DNA from: Chrysemys picta bellii
Lineage: Eukaryota
NCBI RefSeq assembly: GCF_011386835.1
Contig: NC_088797.1
Span: 79,670,001-79,734,000 of the forward strand
Length of the DNA: 64,000 nucleotides
Reading direction: 5' to 3'
Positions 50,943-64,000 of this stretch are shown piece after piece. Under the pieces are notes generated by a model that made no database searches, had not been told where the DNA came from, and worked only from the letters and a program-made list of their open reading frames with translations. The translations under genes were made by a program, and so were the position numbers. The stretch's first letter is position 1, and every line of letters begins with the position of its first letter.

Positions 50943-52872
50943 TTGTAAGATATTGTCAACACACCATTAAGCAGTGAGCAAGATCGGGATGCCTGTGACC
51001 CAGGAACCTCTTAGTGCCAACTGGCAAGGGGCAAAAAGGGAGTGCAGAGAAGGTACAGGAATCTCCTGTGTCTGGTACGTGCATTCAAGTTCACCAAAGA
51101 ATGCCATGTGAGCTCTCAAACAACAGCCGGTGTCACATTGGTCATCACTATTATTGCAGAATGCATGTATGGATGTCGTGCAAGGAGTTGTGTACATACA
51201 CTCTAAATTATAAGGTCTGGGTCTAGGAACTGGTCACCAGCAAAGGTGAAAAACAGGTTTCCTGTTAGACAAAATATATTTGAGGCATTAGCGTTATTTC
51301 TAATGGGTTCACCTTACTTATACTGCCAAATTTAGATATCTCCTCCTTTTGAGGCTGGTGTGCGTAAGCATTTTAAAAATGTTCCTTACATATAAGTAAA
51401 TTTCAGCTTCCCTTAATTTACAACATGAATTTAACAACTATTTGTAGTCAGTGCTAAATCTGGAAAGTTGTAAATTTAACTGGATTAAAGTTGTCAAACA
51501 AGTGATCACCTGTTGCTGAGTCAAAAGTGTTTCTAAATTCAAAGGCATTCAAACTGGCTTAATCTGAAATGGCTTGCTTGAGAGAGAATGTAGCATGTGA
51601 TAATAAATCAGACAATGGCAGCACTGGGCCTGTTCATAGAGTGAGCCTTAAGTATCTATTTCAAACATTTTGTGGTTTGTTATAAAATTAATATGGCAAG
51701 GCTTTGACTCTGCAAACACTTGTCCATGTGTGTAACTTCACTCATGTGACTATACCCATTTACTTCAGTAGGAATACTGACATGAGTAAAGTTATGCAGA
51801 TGCATGTTTGCAGGACCAGGGCCTAGATGTCTTCTTTTCAAGGGGACACCATCAACCTGAAATGTAGTCCGTTTCAAAATATGAGCTCAATGTCATTTTT
51901 ATGCCTGCCGCTGAATCCCTTGCCAATTTTTATGCCTTTACAATCAAACTTTCCTCTTATTAAAAATATTTGTGTCTCTCTCCTGTTGCTGTACAAAAGA
52001 CCCACACAAACAACAGGAGAAACTAACTAACTGACTAAAAGAGAAACAGAGAGCCCGATTAAAGATGAAGTGCTGTCAAATGTAACTGAGCTGAAAACAA
52101 CTGAGCAGTATGTTTCACTCTAATCTTTTTCAGTTATGGTCACTGGCACTGTTACCTGAAACAACAGTAAGATGAGATTTTTAAATTGATGGTGTCCCTT
52201 TAACATCTAACAGATAAAACTGGGACTTAATCTTGTAATTGCCTTCAAGACGCAGCCCATAATTACAGTAAAAACACTTCTAGTGGTGTTCCAGCCAATT
52301 TTGTCAGTTTGGAAGAACTGCTTTTAAACTAAATACAATCATGACATTTGCAAGCCCCTATAACAGTATATTTTATGTGCTACTACTTGAAGGTACTAGT
52401 GGGTGAGAGTGAATCACTGCAGGTATTCAGAACTGGGTCTCTTAAGAAGAGAGGGGATCTATGTTAGTTTCTGCTCATTTACAAAGCCGTATGAGGAAAG
52501 TTACTTCACCGAGGCCCCAAGCTTGCAATTAGATCGCCACAGGAAGGACAGTTCACCCATGCAGATCTAGTTGAAGGATTGGGCCCCTGGTTATTTATAC
52601 TGCGTAATTTCAGTTTGGTTTTTGCAATACATTCTGTTGATATTTATTACCTGAATTTTAACACTTTTTTCATAAATTTGCTGTAAATATGTATTCTTTT
52701 TTTATATTTGAGTGCATATGGATGTTATATTGCTAACAGTATGTATAGCCACCTTTAACAATCAGATTGCAGTCTCAGCAGGTATCTATCAACAAAGCTA
52801 AATATCAAGTTTGTAGAACTTTGTAGATTAAGAAAGAGTCTGATGCTCATTATTGAAATATACTATACTTAC

Positions 52873-52968
52873 AATTGTAGTCATGGTCTCTTCTGTCACT
52901 ATCTTCAATGTGTCAACAACTGAAATGTAGCCAAGTCGTTTAGCAATGGCCAGGGCAGTGTTCCCATT
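52873..52968 (-). CDS. ANK3: Ankyrin-3 exon, last ANK repeat ([32 protein letters not shown])
   Basis: 96 nt; CAG acceptor, GTAAGT donor, phase 0/0. Confidence 0.97.
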
Positions 52969-53158
52969 CTGAGAATTGAAATATTTATAAAAATGGAAAT
53001 TCATTAACAATGCTTAACTATAAGAACAAGTAATAAATTCAATAAAAATTGACTTCAGAAAACGTTTATAAGTCAACACAATAAAAAGTTCTGGCAGCAG
53101 GACATGTAACGTTAGGCATTTAACTGTTTACATAAATGGCAAGGAGAGAAATAACCAG

Positions 53159-53553
53159 TAGGATGGAAGGATTAAATTTTTATCAGTAAATGTTGGAAAA
53201 CATCGATTTCACCACACAGACACAAACAGATGAAAAACAATTTCCATCAATAATAATGAAATTTAAAGAGAGGCAAAGTAAGAAAAATGCTGCCTGAGGA
53301 CTTTATAGACTTCAATTTAAGGATATTTACTTTGTATATTTTGACATGTGATGCTGACAATTTGTATTTTAATGGTTATAAAGCTTTAACATTTTGAATC
53401 TCAACGTTTACTGTCATTAAATAATTTTCATGGCTGCAACCCCCATAATTTCTTGTAACTATGAAAATTTAAATTGATTAAAATAGGGGAAAATGCTCAA
53501 TAATAAACTTCTATATTATCCGTCGAAATAAAAATTGAATTCTGACAAGCCTC
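53159..53553. mobile_element. Old AT-rich TIR element (hAT-like)
   Basis: Degenerate TIR TAGGATGGAAGGATTAAATTTTT / AAAAATTGAATTCTGACAAGCCT; no TSD found. Confidence 0.45.
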
Positions 53554-53801
53554 ACTATATTCTCTTATGAATGCATTTTAAAGTCGTTGCTATTTCAGGA
53601 AAAGTAGAGCACTAAGGTGGCTATGTCTCATAGCTGAGATAACAGGCTGGCTGTGCTGTTTGATTCACGCTCTCTCCCCTCCCCCTATTCTTCTACATTT
53701 CCATTGTTGAGATGTAGTGGCACAGCACTTTTTACTGTAGGGAAAGCATTGACATGGTAGAAAAGAAGCCACCCACAATGTGTTTTTCTCTTGTCCCTTA
53801 C

Positions 53802-53900
53802 CACAGTGAGTTCATTGGGCGATGCGCCATTCTGGAGCAAGACGTTAATGATATGGGTGTGTCCCTGCTGAGCAGCCTGGTGTAGAGGGGTGTACCCATT
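53802..53900 (-). CDS. ANK3: Ankyrin-3 exon, ANK repeat ([33 protein letters not shown])
   Basis: 99 nt; CAG acceptor, GTAAGG donor; follows a 100-nt intron (53901-54000). Confidence 0.97.
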
Positions 53901-54000
53901 CTGCCAAGGATAGAAAAACAGAAGAGTTTGCAGTGTTCTGAGGAGAGCATTTTGTTTTTTTAAACAAAATAAAACAAGTGAAGGGAAAAGAAAACCTCAC

Positions 54001-54099
54001 CTTTGTTTTGGCATTAACTTTAGCAAAGTGTTGCAGAAGGAAATTAACAATCTTTATGTTTCCATAGTGGCAGCCAACATGTAATGGAGTGTATCCCAT
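54001..54099 (-). CDS. ANK3: Ankyrin-3 exon, one ANK repeat ([33 protein letters not shown])
   Basis: 99 nt equals one 33-aa repeat; CAG acceptor, GTGAGG donor, phase 0/0; TPLH motif; matches recalled ankyrin-G sequence. Confidence 0.97.
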
Positions 54100-54420
54100 C
54101 TGGAATGTTTTTTAAAAAGAAGAAATATATGAACATAAGCAATTACCATTTACTGACAATAAACTGAATATAAAACTGCAAAGCCCCAGGTAGTGTTTTT
54201 TTTTTTTTTTCCCTTCTGGGAACATGTGGAAAAACATCCGGAAAAAAAAAATCTCTGGACAGGTATGTGCTCCATCCTCTTCTTATCCTTCCCTCCCCAC
54301 AGAACACACCTTTTCCCTTCCCTATCAAAAATGAACCTATAAGGGGAAGCTGGAAGCTGCCTTGCATTTCTTGTGAAGTTGAGCATATTTCTTGCTGATT
54401 TCACAGAGTTTTCTCTTATG

Positions 54421-54570
54421 CTTAGACTGCAAGTTCTTTGGGGCAGGGACTATCCTTTTACAGTGAGTGAGTGTGTGTGTGTGTGTGTCTGTGTACGGTG
54501 TCTAGCACAGTGGGGCCTTGATTCCTGACTGGGTCCTCTAGGCACTACTGCAATACAAACAAACAATTAA
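54421..54570 (+). mobile_element. L2-type 3' tail or SINE fragment with (GT)n
   Basis: tagactgcaagttctttggggcagggact...ctagcacagtgggg...ggcactactgcaatacaaa resembles the recalled L2 tail. Confidence 0.6.
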
Positions 54571-54725
54571 AATGGATGGAATATACTGCCAACTCCATCC
54601 TGACCAGAAGAGCCAAAGTGCAGCCTAGGATCTGAGTGGACTCCAGCAGCACAAAGTAGTCCTACGGGAGGCAGAATGCCTGCTAGTGAATGTAAAGTTC
54701 TCAGGCATGAAGTCTAGTTTTTTAA

Positions 54726-55155
54726 GGGTGTGTCTACACTCCAATAAAACACCCATGGTTGGCTCATGTCAACTGACTTGGGCTTGCTGAGCTTGGGCTG
54801 TGGGGCTATAAAATTACAGGGAGGAGAGTCCCAGAGCCTGGGACCAAATGGCTACACCGCAATTTTATCACTTTGTAGCCCGAACCTGTGTAACGCTGAC
54901 AGATCCAGGTTGTCGGCAGGCAGGATCGAGCCAAGGATCTCTGGAGCTTAGTGCATGAGCCTCTACCACATGAGCTAAAAGCCAACCAACTGTTAGCTAA
55001 GGCTGTAGAGCAGACTCACAGTATCTCTCTCTCTCATTAAGTGGTCTCGGTGCCACTAGATGGGACAGAAGACCACACCCAGAAGGTATGTGGGTTACAC
55101 CTGGGTAGCTGACACAGGCCAGCCACAGGTGTTTTGTTGCAATGTAGACCATACC
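54726..55155. mobile_element. PIF/Harbinger-like MITE, interrupted
   Basis: TIR GGGTGTGTCTACACT / AATGTAGACCATACC; TAA on both sides. Confidence 0.75.
54889..55099. mobile_element. 211-bp solo-LTR-like element carrying a tRNA-derived cassette
   Basis: TGTAAC...GTTACA termini; 4-bp TSD cctg; antisense A-box TAGCTCATGTGG and B-box GGCTCGATCC. Confidence 0.75.
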
Positions 55156-56029
55156 TAATGTGTTCTGGGCCTTATGTTTCAGAGACCAGTGGAAGCTGGT
55201 GTTTTGTTAGCAGAACACCCTGGCAAACTTTTGCACTGACGAATATATGGATTTTTCTCCTTGTTATTTTCCTACCTGACTTTCATTATTAATGTACAGT
55301 TCAGAAATGCCCACCAGAGCTGCAGCAAAATCCAGGAGCTGTCAGGGCATGAGATGCTTAAACAAATAAGGGAAACCGGATTCATGTCCAAAACACCTTA
55401 TAAAATTGAACATAGCTAAGCATGTACATTTTTTGGCATGAGTTCTAATTAAGAACTAAAACATAAGCCTGTCTCTATAAATATACTGCTCAGAAACAGA
55501 ATCCTAAATACTACTTAAAAACCTCACTTAAATGTAGCAACAGGGAATCAGAGTGTTCAATCTGTTTGCTGCTCACTTTAGAAACCATTCAAATTTTAAA
55601 TAATTTAAATGACGTGTTGAAACATGTAAAGAATTGTAACAAATACTTACATAAATAGTGAAGTTATACTATAAAATGGAACAAATCAGAGAGAACCAAA
55701 GCTGCTGCCCCTCACCCCCACCCCATCTCTTCACTCTTTTTTTTCCCTTTTACTATAATGAGAAAATTGTTAGTTGATCTGAAAGAGCTTGGGATTCTTA
55801 CAAAGTGATAGAAATGATCAGATTATACCTCCTAAAGCAATTATCTCCTCCTTTCTTATCTGCCTGCATCAAGACATTATCTCTTCTTCCTTAATAAATA
55901 CTCTTACTTTATTATAATCAGACTGGGGCTGCAATGAAGGACAGTTCAGAAGAGGGGCAACTAAAAAGAACACTTTTTCGAAGTACTTTATAAAGATTAA
56001 CCCAGTTGGCTGTTGGATAGGTGAGGATT

Positions 56030-56175
56030 ATTCTCTCTATATTACAAAGGAGGAAACTGAGGCACAGAGGTTCAGTGACTTGCCCAGATGCACTGGGAAG
56101 GGAATGCCAAAGTCAGGATTGGAATTCAGGAGCTCATGCGCCCTATCTTATGTTCAGACCACTGAGCCATGACTC
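56030..56175 (-). mobile_element. MIR/CORE-SINE fragment
   Basis: gaggaaactgaggcacagagg...agtgacttgccca is the reverse complement of the CORE domain. Confidence 0.75.
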
Positions 56176-57939
56176 TTAAGAAAAAGGAAAATACAGATGT
56201 GAATGGCTCTGCATGGTTTACACAAAACGTATGTTTCAGTGGTTGCCGCATTTGGATTCAGGATTTTCTTCATATCAATTTAAGTTAGACTCCAACATGT
56301 CCATTTTAAACAAAAGGTGCCCAATGGCCCTATCTTAAAACATGTTGAGGAAATGTGCCAATTACTGTAAAATACGGTGTATGTATTTACATGCCTTTAC
56401 TTCAGTGAATCATAAATCAGGTAACATGTAAAGAAACTACTAAGTCTAACTACAGAGTAGACTATTTAATTAAGTACTACTTTAAATTTACCCACTGCAA
56501 ATGGTAAATGTCAAGATTTTAATGGCACCTACTACTGTACCTCCGTAAGCTGCTAGGAGAACAATTACCTACACTACTCCTTTCTCGCTGGCTCTTTTCT
56601 CATTGCTGACTAGCTAGCAATTTGAATGAGAGACCAGGTACAGTGCTAACTCTGGAAGGTTTTCTTTTTGACCCTTTTGAAATGTGTGGGGTAGGGGAGA
56701 GAACGGAGGGAAGTTTTTGAACTCCGAATGACCTCCACCCCCATTTATTTCCTTTCTACTATTTTCCCCTTGGAGGCCTCAAAGCACAGCTATCTTGTGT
56801 CCCAGAAATGACGGCCAAGTACAGCTCTCACTAAAGCCATTAATGTTGCTTTTCCTATCCAGCCTGGGGAAGGGAGATGGGTTCACTGCAGAGTGACATG
56901 AGGCACTCCCTCCCTCCCCTCTGGGGTTCAGCATGCTGCCTTGGTGGCAATCTCAGCACCTGCCAGCCTGGGAGGAAAACACTGAACTCTGCATCTGTAC
57001 TCTGATCCCTATGTGGCAGCATATTGTGCCACCATTAGACCACTGGGCTACCCTGGAAGATTTTCTCTTAAGTTTCCAGTACCTTGTGGTCATATTGTGT
57101 CATGTCTAATCATGCTCCATGTGCTATACAACGTAATGCCGCCATCAGCAAAGATAGGATGATGTGACAAGACAACATGGAACACAAATGAATACATTGG
57201 ACATTTTAGAATGAAGTTTCTTTCCATTAGCAAGCAGCTTTCATAGCAATAGGCAACAATATCCACAATAATCATGTTGGGTCAAAACACAAAATTAAAA
57301 CTAACTACCGAGATGCCTACTTAAATCTGAGACCCAAAGAGAATATCCTTTGTTTCCCAGCTACAGAATGGACTCCAATAACAAATGGCTTTCAGTTCGG
57401 CAGGCACCTAAATTTATATTTATTTCTTGACTTCCTCATTGCAGATGAATATCCTGTTAAGATTTCTGAATCATGCCAACTGGCAGATTCTGTGCTTACA
57501 CAGCCAAACAAGGATAGAGAACAAGAAAGCAATTCTCACTGCTACCTGGATTCCCCATTCTGGGTTCTCAGAACATTGTAGATGAATAAACAGGCGGCTA
57601 AACATATTTTGTTAACAATTTTTAAACTATAGACACATCATATGAAGATGCGTCTTGATTTTACAGTTAAACCAATATTTACTGGCATAAGCTTCCTGGA
57701 ACTTAGCAGACTTACCAGTAAATAATATTTTATTCCAGAAAATCAGGATTTTTTTTAATGCAGCTTCTAATTTTGTCACCTCATGGTAATCAATTAATTA
57801 CATTGCTTCTAGTCAGTTTAAGAATGGACAGCAACATGGGGGCTAACAGATGGGGAGTGCTTCTCAAAAGCAGCAAGAATACATGCCAAAAATTAACCCA
57901 GAAATATTGGACTTTCAATTTTATATTATGGTATTGAAA

Positions 57940-58098
57940 CAGGGCCGCCCGGGGGTGGTGGGGCAAGTGGGGTAATTTGCCCCAGACCCCGGGCCCCACA
58001 CAAGAATATAGTATTCTATGGTACTGCAACTTTTTTTTATGGAAGGGGCCCCCAAAATTGCTTTGCCCCAGACCCCCTGAATCCTCTGGGCGGCCCTG
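57940..58098. mobile_element. hAT MITE
   Basis: TIR CAGGGCCGCCC / GGGCGGCCCTG; perfect TSD tattgaaa. Confidence 0.92.
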
Positions 58099-59671
58099 TA
58101 TTGAAACATACATGTATTCCCACTCCTTTTTGGGAGGAGAAAAGTATTAAAAGCCCCATGTAGTGGGTATCTTTTCAATATCCTTCATTTGCCCTGGTAG
58201 TAACCATAAATCCTAACAGCTTGAATTATTGCATCTCTCTCTTCATGCTGACTCTCAAGCTGCTCTGTTTTTTTCTGCTGCTGCTGTCAGACACTGAAGA
58301 TAGAGTGAGAGCTAAGAAATGAACACAGAACAATTGAATAGAGTTTCACTGATGTCTTTGATTAGGCTGACAACTCCTCTAGATCAAGACACCACAAATC
58401 CAATGAGACCTTGATTCAGCAAAGCACACAAGCACATCTTTAAGTTTAAGAATGTTTAAGTGCTTTACTAAATCAAGGCTTAACTGCATAAAGTATCTTG
58501 CAAAGGCCCACTATTAATGTTATTGGAGGGCGGCGGGGGAGCGGGAGCGGGGGTTTGGAAATTTCTAGTGCAATGGCCACTAGACAGTTTAACATGCATC
58601 TAAAAACTGTGGTAATAATTGATAATATGATAGATAATATGCAACAAAGATATATTTAAATAACCGTGATTAAGTATTTCAAGCATTCTTTCCAACATCC
58701 CACTATATCTCTGTTCCGTTTTCCTTCTAATACTAAAATCGCTTATTATTTTAATTAAAAATAAAATTGTGATTTTTTTGTCTTTGTGCTTGTGAAAGGT
58801 ACTGAACACTTTTAGTTAGCAACAAAAGAGGCATATTGGCAGTACAACTTTTCCCACACTGTCTTGCCTCAGCCCTGACCTGGAAGGTCCAATTCAGGGA
58901 GTAAGAGAGTAGTTGATCACCATCATTTCTCAATCCTTGATAAGAATACTACCAAGGGTACAAATAACTGCCACTTTAGTGTTGGCTTTATTATCCGGAT
59001 ACTTTCCAATCAGGAACTAGATTGAGACAATCAATTTTTGTCACATGGGCCCAATAGCCAGCACACAGTAACAATTTTCAATAACTAATGATCTGTGCTA
59101 GCTTCACCCAGGCAACACAGAGAGAAAAGCTCTGAATCCCATTACCAATCCCTTGGGCAATCCAGTATCTGGTTTTATTTTCTCAGGCTAGCTCTGTAAA
59201 TTATACATGAAAACAACACTAGCCACTGTGCAACAGCCAAATAATAATGAACTTCAAAAGGGCATACACCCTCTTGTCAGTGTTCAGCATTATGGCCGTA
59301 CTAGGAAAACAAAATAATATATATATGTAATCAACACAGTTATTATATATCTGGAAATGTAAGTACTGAAGGAAAAACTGTCAAGCACTAAGTCTAGATT
59401 TAAGGTCCTGATCCAGCAAGGTTCTTAACCATATACCTAACTATAAGCAGGAGTGGTTCAATTGACTTCAGTGGCTATTAAAGTCAGGCACAGGTACCTT
59501 ACTGATTCAGGGCCTACATTCCCAGCAATTCAAACACAGAAAAGAAAAGCTGCTGGGACTGGAAATGACAAAAATTCTGCTTTTGCTGTGGAATTCCAAA
59601 GTTGTCCTTTGTGAATGGTGAGTTGCATTTTAAAGCTTTAACTGTGGCAGGGTCTGGAGCAGATGACATGA

Positions 59672-59692
59672 AGAGAGAGAGAGAGAGAGAGA

Positions 59693-59726
<34 letters not shown>
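59672..59726. repeat. (AG)n(TG)n(AG)n compound microsatellite
   Basis: Direct reading. Confidence 0.95.
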
Positions 59727-59817
59727 CTAGTTTTACTCCACTGCCTTCTAAAGAATCACTCATAATGTACACTGGTGGCTGTGAACTACACAGATCCAAG
59801 GTTTTGAAGAAGTTTTA

Positions 59818-60095
59818 GGGTATGTCTACATTAGACCTGGAGGTGTTATTTGCAGCTCATACAGACATACCTGTGCTAGCTTTGATTGAACCTAAAAACA
59901 TAAGTGCAGACACAGTGGTGTGAGCAGCAGGATGGCTAAACACCTGAATATGTACCGAGGGTTTCATTTGGGATTGTACCCGGGGTGGCTAGCCCCTCTC
60001 ACTATTTGCATTGCTGCACCTACACTTCTAATTTTAGCGCTAGTGTAGCAGGTATGTCTATTCAAGCTAGAAATCTCCACCCAGCTCCAGATACA
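59818..60095. mobile_element. Degraded Harbinger-like MITE
   Basis: tta-GGGTATGTCTACA left end and internal repeats of the motif; right end uncertain. Confidence 0.45.
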
Positions 60096-60260
60096 GAAAG
60101 AAGAGTGAAGAAAAACAAGACAAAGGAGGTGGGGGTGAAAATAGTCTAAACAAGCACATTTTGGTTTTTTTATATACTATTAAAGGAACCTCATGTTCTG
60201 AAGGGTATTTTGAAATGTGTGCTTTACCGGTATTCCATTTTTACATTGCATTACCTTTTA

Positions 60261-62985
60261 AAGAACATAATAACAAAAGAATGGCCATAATGGGTCAGAC
60301 CAGTGGTCTATATAACCCACTATCCTGTCTTCTGACAGTGGCCAATGCCAGAGGCTTCAGAGGGAATGAACAGAACAGGGCAATTATTGAGTGATTGATC
60401 CCCTGACATCCACTCCCAGCTTCTGGACATTAGAAGCTTAGCACACCCAGGATATGGGCTTGCATCCCTGACCATCCTGGCTAATAGCCGTTGCAGGACC
60501 TAACCCCAATGAACTTATCCAATTCTTTTGTGAATCCATTGGAGTTTTGGCCTTCACAACATCTCCTGGCAATGAGCCCCGCAGGTTGACCGTGCGCTGT
60601 GTCAAGCAGTACTTCCTTTTGTTTGTTTTAAACCTGCTGCCTAGTTATTTCATTGGATGACTCCTGGTTCTTGTATTATGTGAAGGGGTAAATAATACTT
60701 CTTGATTAACTTTCTCCATACCATTCATGATTCTATAGCCCTCTATCATATCCCTCCTTAATCATCTCTTTTCCAAGCAGAAAAGTTCCAGTGTTTTTTT
60801 TCCTCTCCTCATATGGAAGCTTCTCCATACCCCTAATTATTTTTGTTGCCATTCTGAGTACCTTTTCCAATTCGAATATATCTTTTTTAGAGATGGGCTG
60901 ACAAGAACTGCACTCAATATTCAAGATGTGGGTGTACTATAGATTTATATAGTGGCATTATGATATTTACTGTCTTATTATCTATCCCTTTCCTAATGGT
61001 TCCTAACATTCTGTTAGCTTTTTTGATTACTGCTGCACATTTGAACGGATGTTTTCAGAGAACTATCCACAATGACTCCAATGACACTTCCTTATGTCGT
61101 AACAGCTAATTTAGACCCCATCATTTTATATGTATAGTTGGGATTATGTTTTCCAATGTGCATTACTTTGCATTTATCACCATTGAATTTCATCTGCCAT
61201 TTTGTTGCCCAGTCACCTAGTTTTGTGAGATCTCTTTGTAACTCTTCACAGTCTGCTTTGGAATTAACTATCTTGAGTAATTTCGTATCATCTGCAAATT
61301 TTACCTATTTTTCCGGATCATTTATGAATATGTTGAACTGCACTGGTCCCCAGTATAGACCCTTGGGGGACATCACTATTTACCTCTGACCATTCATTAC
61401 TACCCTTTGTTTCCTATCTTGTAATGAGTTACTGATCCATGAGAGGACCTTCCCTCTTATCCCATGACTTCCTACTTTGTTTAAGAGCCTTTGTTGAGGG
61501 ATCTTGTAAAAGGCTTTCTGAAAGTCCAAGTACATTATATCCACCAGATGACCCTTGTCCACATGTTTGTTGACCTCCCTCAAAGAATTCTAGTAGATTG
61601 GTGAGGCATGATTTCCCTTTACAAAAGCTGTGTTGACTCTTCCCTAACTAATCATGTTCAACTATATGTCTGATAATTCTGTTCTTTACTATAGTTTCAA
61701 CTAATTTGCCTGGTACTGAAGTTAGGCTTACTGGCTTGTAATTGCCAGGATAATTTCTGGACCCTTTCTTAAAAACTGGCATCACATTAGCTATCCTCCA
61801 GTTATCTGGTACAGAAGCTCATTTAAATGAAAGACTACATACCACAGTTAGTAGTTCTGCAATTTCATATTTGAGTTCCTTCAGAATTCTTGGGTGAATA
61901 CCACCTGGTTTTGGTGACGTGTTACTGTTTATCAATTTGTTTCAAACCCTCCTCTACTGTCATCTCAATTTGGGACAGTTCCTCAGATTTGTCACCTAAA
62001 AAGACTAGCTCAGGTGTGGGAATCTCCCTCACACCCTCTGCAATGAAGACCGATGCAAAGAATTAATATAGCTTCTCTGCAAATGGCCTTCTCTTCCTTG
62101 AGTGCTCCTTTAGCACCTCAATCATCCAGTGGCCCCACTGATTGTTTGGCAGGCTTCCTGTATCTAATTTACTTTTAAAAAATGTTGCTATTAGTTTCTG
62201 TGTCTTTACTCTTCAATTTCTTTTTTGGCCTTCCTAATTATACTTCTATACTTGACTTGCCAGAGTTTATACTTCTTTCTATTTTCCTCAGTAGGATCTG
62301 ATTTCCAATTTTTAAAGGATGTCTTTTTGCCTCTAGCCACTTCTTTTACTCTGTTATTTAGCCATGGTGGAACTTTTTTGGTCCTCTTACTATTTTTATT
62401 TATTTAGAGCATACATTTAATTTGAGCCTCTATTATGGTGTTTTATAAAAGTTTCCATGCACACTGGATGCATTTCACTCTTGTGACTGTATCTTTTAAT
62501 TTCCATTTAACTAGCTTCCTCATTTCTACGCAGTTCCGCTTTCTGAAGTTAAATGCTACTGTGGTGGGTCTCTTTGGTATTTTCCATCCCACCAGGATGT
62601 TAAATTTAATTACATTATAGTCGCTATTACCAAGAGCTTCAGCTATATTTATTTCTTGGACCAGATACTGTGCTCCACTTAGGATTAAATCAAGAATTGC
62701 CTCTCCCCTTGTGGGTTCTAGGACTAGTTGTTCCAAGAAGCAGTCATTAATGGGGTCTAGAAAATTTATCTCTGCATCTCATCCTGAGGTGATATATACC
62801 CAGTCAATATGGAGATAGTTGAAATCCCCCATTATTATTGAGTTTTCTATTTTTATAGTCTCTATAATCTCCTGGAGCATTTCACAATCACCATCACCAC
62901 CCTGGTTAGGTGGTTGGTAGTATACTGATACTGCTATACTGTTATTATTCAAGCACAGAATTGCTATCCATAGAGATTCTATGGG
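60261..62985 (-). mobile_element. Old degraded CR1 LINE
   Basis: Fragments LEPTRGEAILDLIL, GNSDYNVIKF, VDIMYLDFQKAF, LEKVLRMATKIIRGMEKLPYEER; agaacata-type tail near 60261; many stops and indels. Confidence 0.9.
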
Positions 62986-64000
62986 AACTTAAGTAAATAC
63001 TTTCCCCCCATCTGTCCAGTGGAGCTTGAGTAAACATAGCTATGCTTAAAAAACAGAAAAAGCCAGCTTCCAATAACATCGCTATTGCTTTGTTGTGCCA
63101 AATCAGTTTTGTTTATTCACCAGCATCCTTGAGTGAAGTCATCAGAGCTCTGGGATTAGCATGTGTTTAGCTAATTGTTGCTGCAGAACCAGAAGAGGAA
63201 CCCCAGAACACTGTCAACGTGCAGCCTGCAAAACTAGTGGCTATTTTTCCTTTCATATTTTCCTCCAAAATACAATTAAAAAGTCCTAAGCAAAAAAAAC
63301 CCCTGAAGACTTATAATTGAACTGCATATGATATTTAGGTCTAATAGTACTTCTGAGACGATTTTAGATCAGACCAGACTACAATCAATTATTCTGACAC
63401 ATAACAAATGCCAGAAAATTTCACTCAGCAAGTCCTGCAGTGGCAAAACTATTCTTCCTTACTATTCCTTTGAAGCAGAAAACGCGTCTCAGCCCAATCT
63501 TCCCTTCCTTTGTAGTCCTCTGAGTATTCCTCACTGATTTGAGCAGTCCCAGTGTCCAAGTGCACAGGTACATAAGTAGGAAGTACTCACAAGAATAAAG
63601 ATTGCAGCATCAAGCAATATATGTTTGTAAAGTACTATGTTGGCTTACAGAGATGTATAAATGATGATTAAAGATGATAATATTCCTCAGGAGGAAAATG
63701 ATAGCTCACCTGTGGCTACACATGAAGTTAAATGACACTGATAAAATATTAAGTATTCTTTCTCCTGCAATGAATATTGTAATTGAGTGATAATAGTAGT
63801 ATCACTCTGTTTTGTGAGTCAATAGCCCAGTTGCTACCTGGATAGAATACGAAGAGAAGGAGCCAGGTAGTTATTACAGAAGGGGGAAGGGTATTTCCTA
63901 CTGCAGTAAAGAGTTTGTCAGGTCTTGCATTATAAACTCAGATCATCAGGGTTTCTCCAGAAACTGTGGTCCATGATAAAATAGAGGATACAGATTCTCA

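Noticed and set aside
54905-54985. Functional tRNA gene
   Set aside because: Acceptor, anticodon and T stems pair poorly; embedded in a TSD-flanked element.
54100-64000. Upstream ANK3 repeat exon (SGLTPLHLAAQED-like)
   Set aside because: Not found by manual inspection; probably beyond the window.
1-64000. CRISPR arrays, rRNA or prokaryotic operons
   Set aside because: No regularly spaced repeat-spacer arrays or rRNA-like sequence; the window is vertebrate exon-intron DNA.

Overview
Vertebrate, probably turtle, genomic DNA (inferred from the CR1, hAT, Harbinger and Penelope-like repeat landscape). The window lies inside the ankyrin-G gene ANK3 on the minus strand. Twelve internal coding exons with canonical AG/GT ends join in frame. 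They encode the last ANK repeats, the acidic linker and the ZU5-A domain, and include a 63-nt linker exon, a 12-nt microexon (PKIS) and a 99-nt exon duplicating part of ZU5. A candidate internal first exon (MAFQN-S-EDAM) below a CpG-rich block would give a short isoform without ANK repeats. The introns hold a young near-intact CR1 LINE, an old CR1, an L2 remnant, about ten GC-rich hAT elements (most with 8-bp TSDs), mariner and Harbinger MITEs, a short LTR-like element carrying a tRNA-derived cassette, and a 99-bp-arm palindrome with minimal hammerhead ribozyme motifs. Family names and orthology are assigned from memory; no database search was run. No prokaryotic features or CRISPR arrays were seen.
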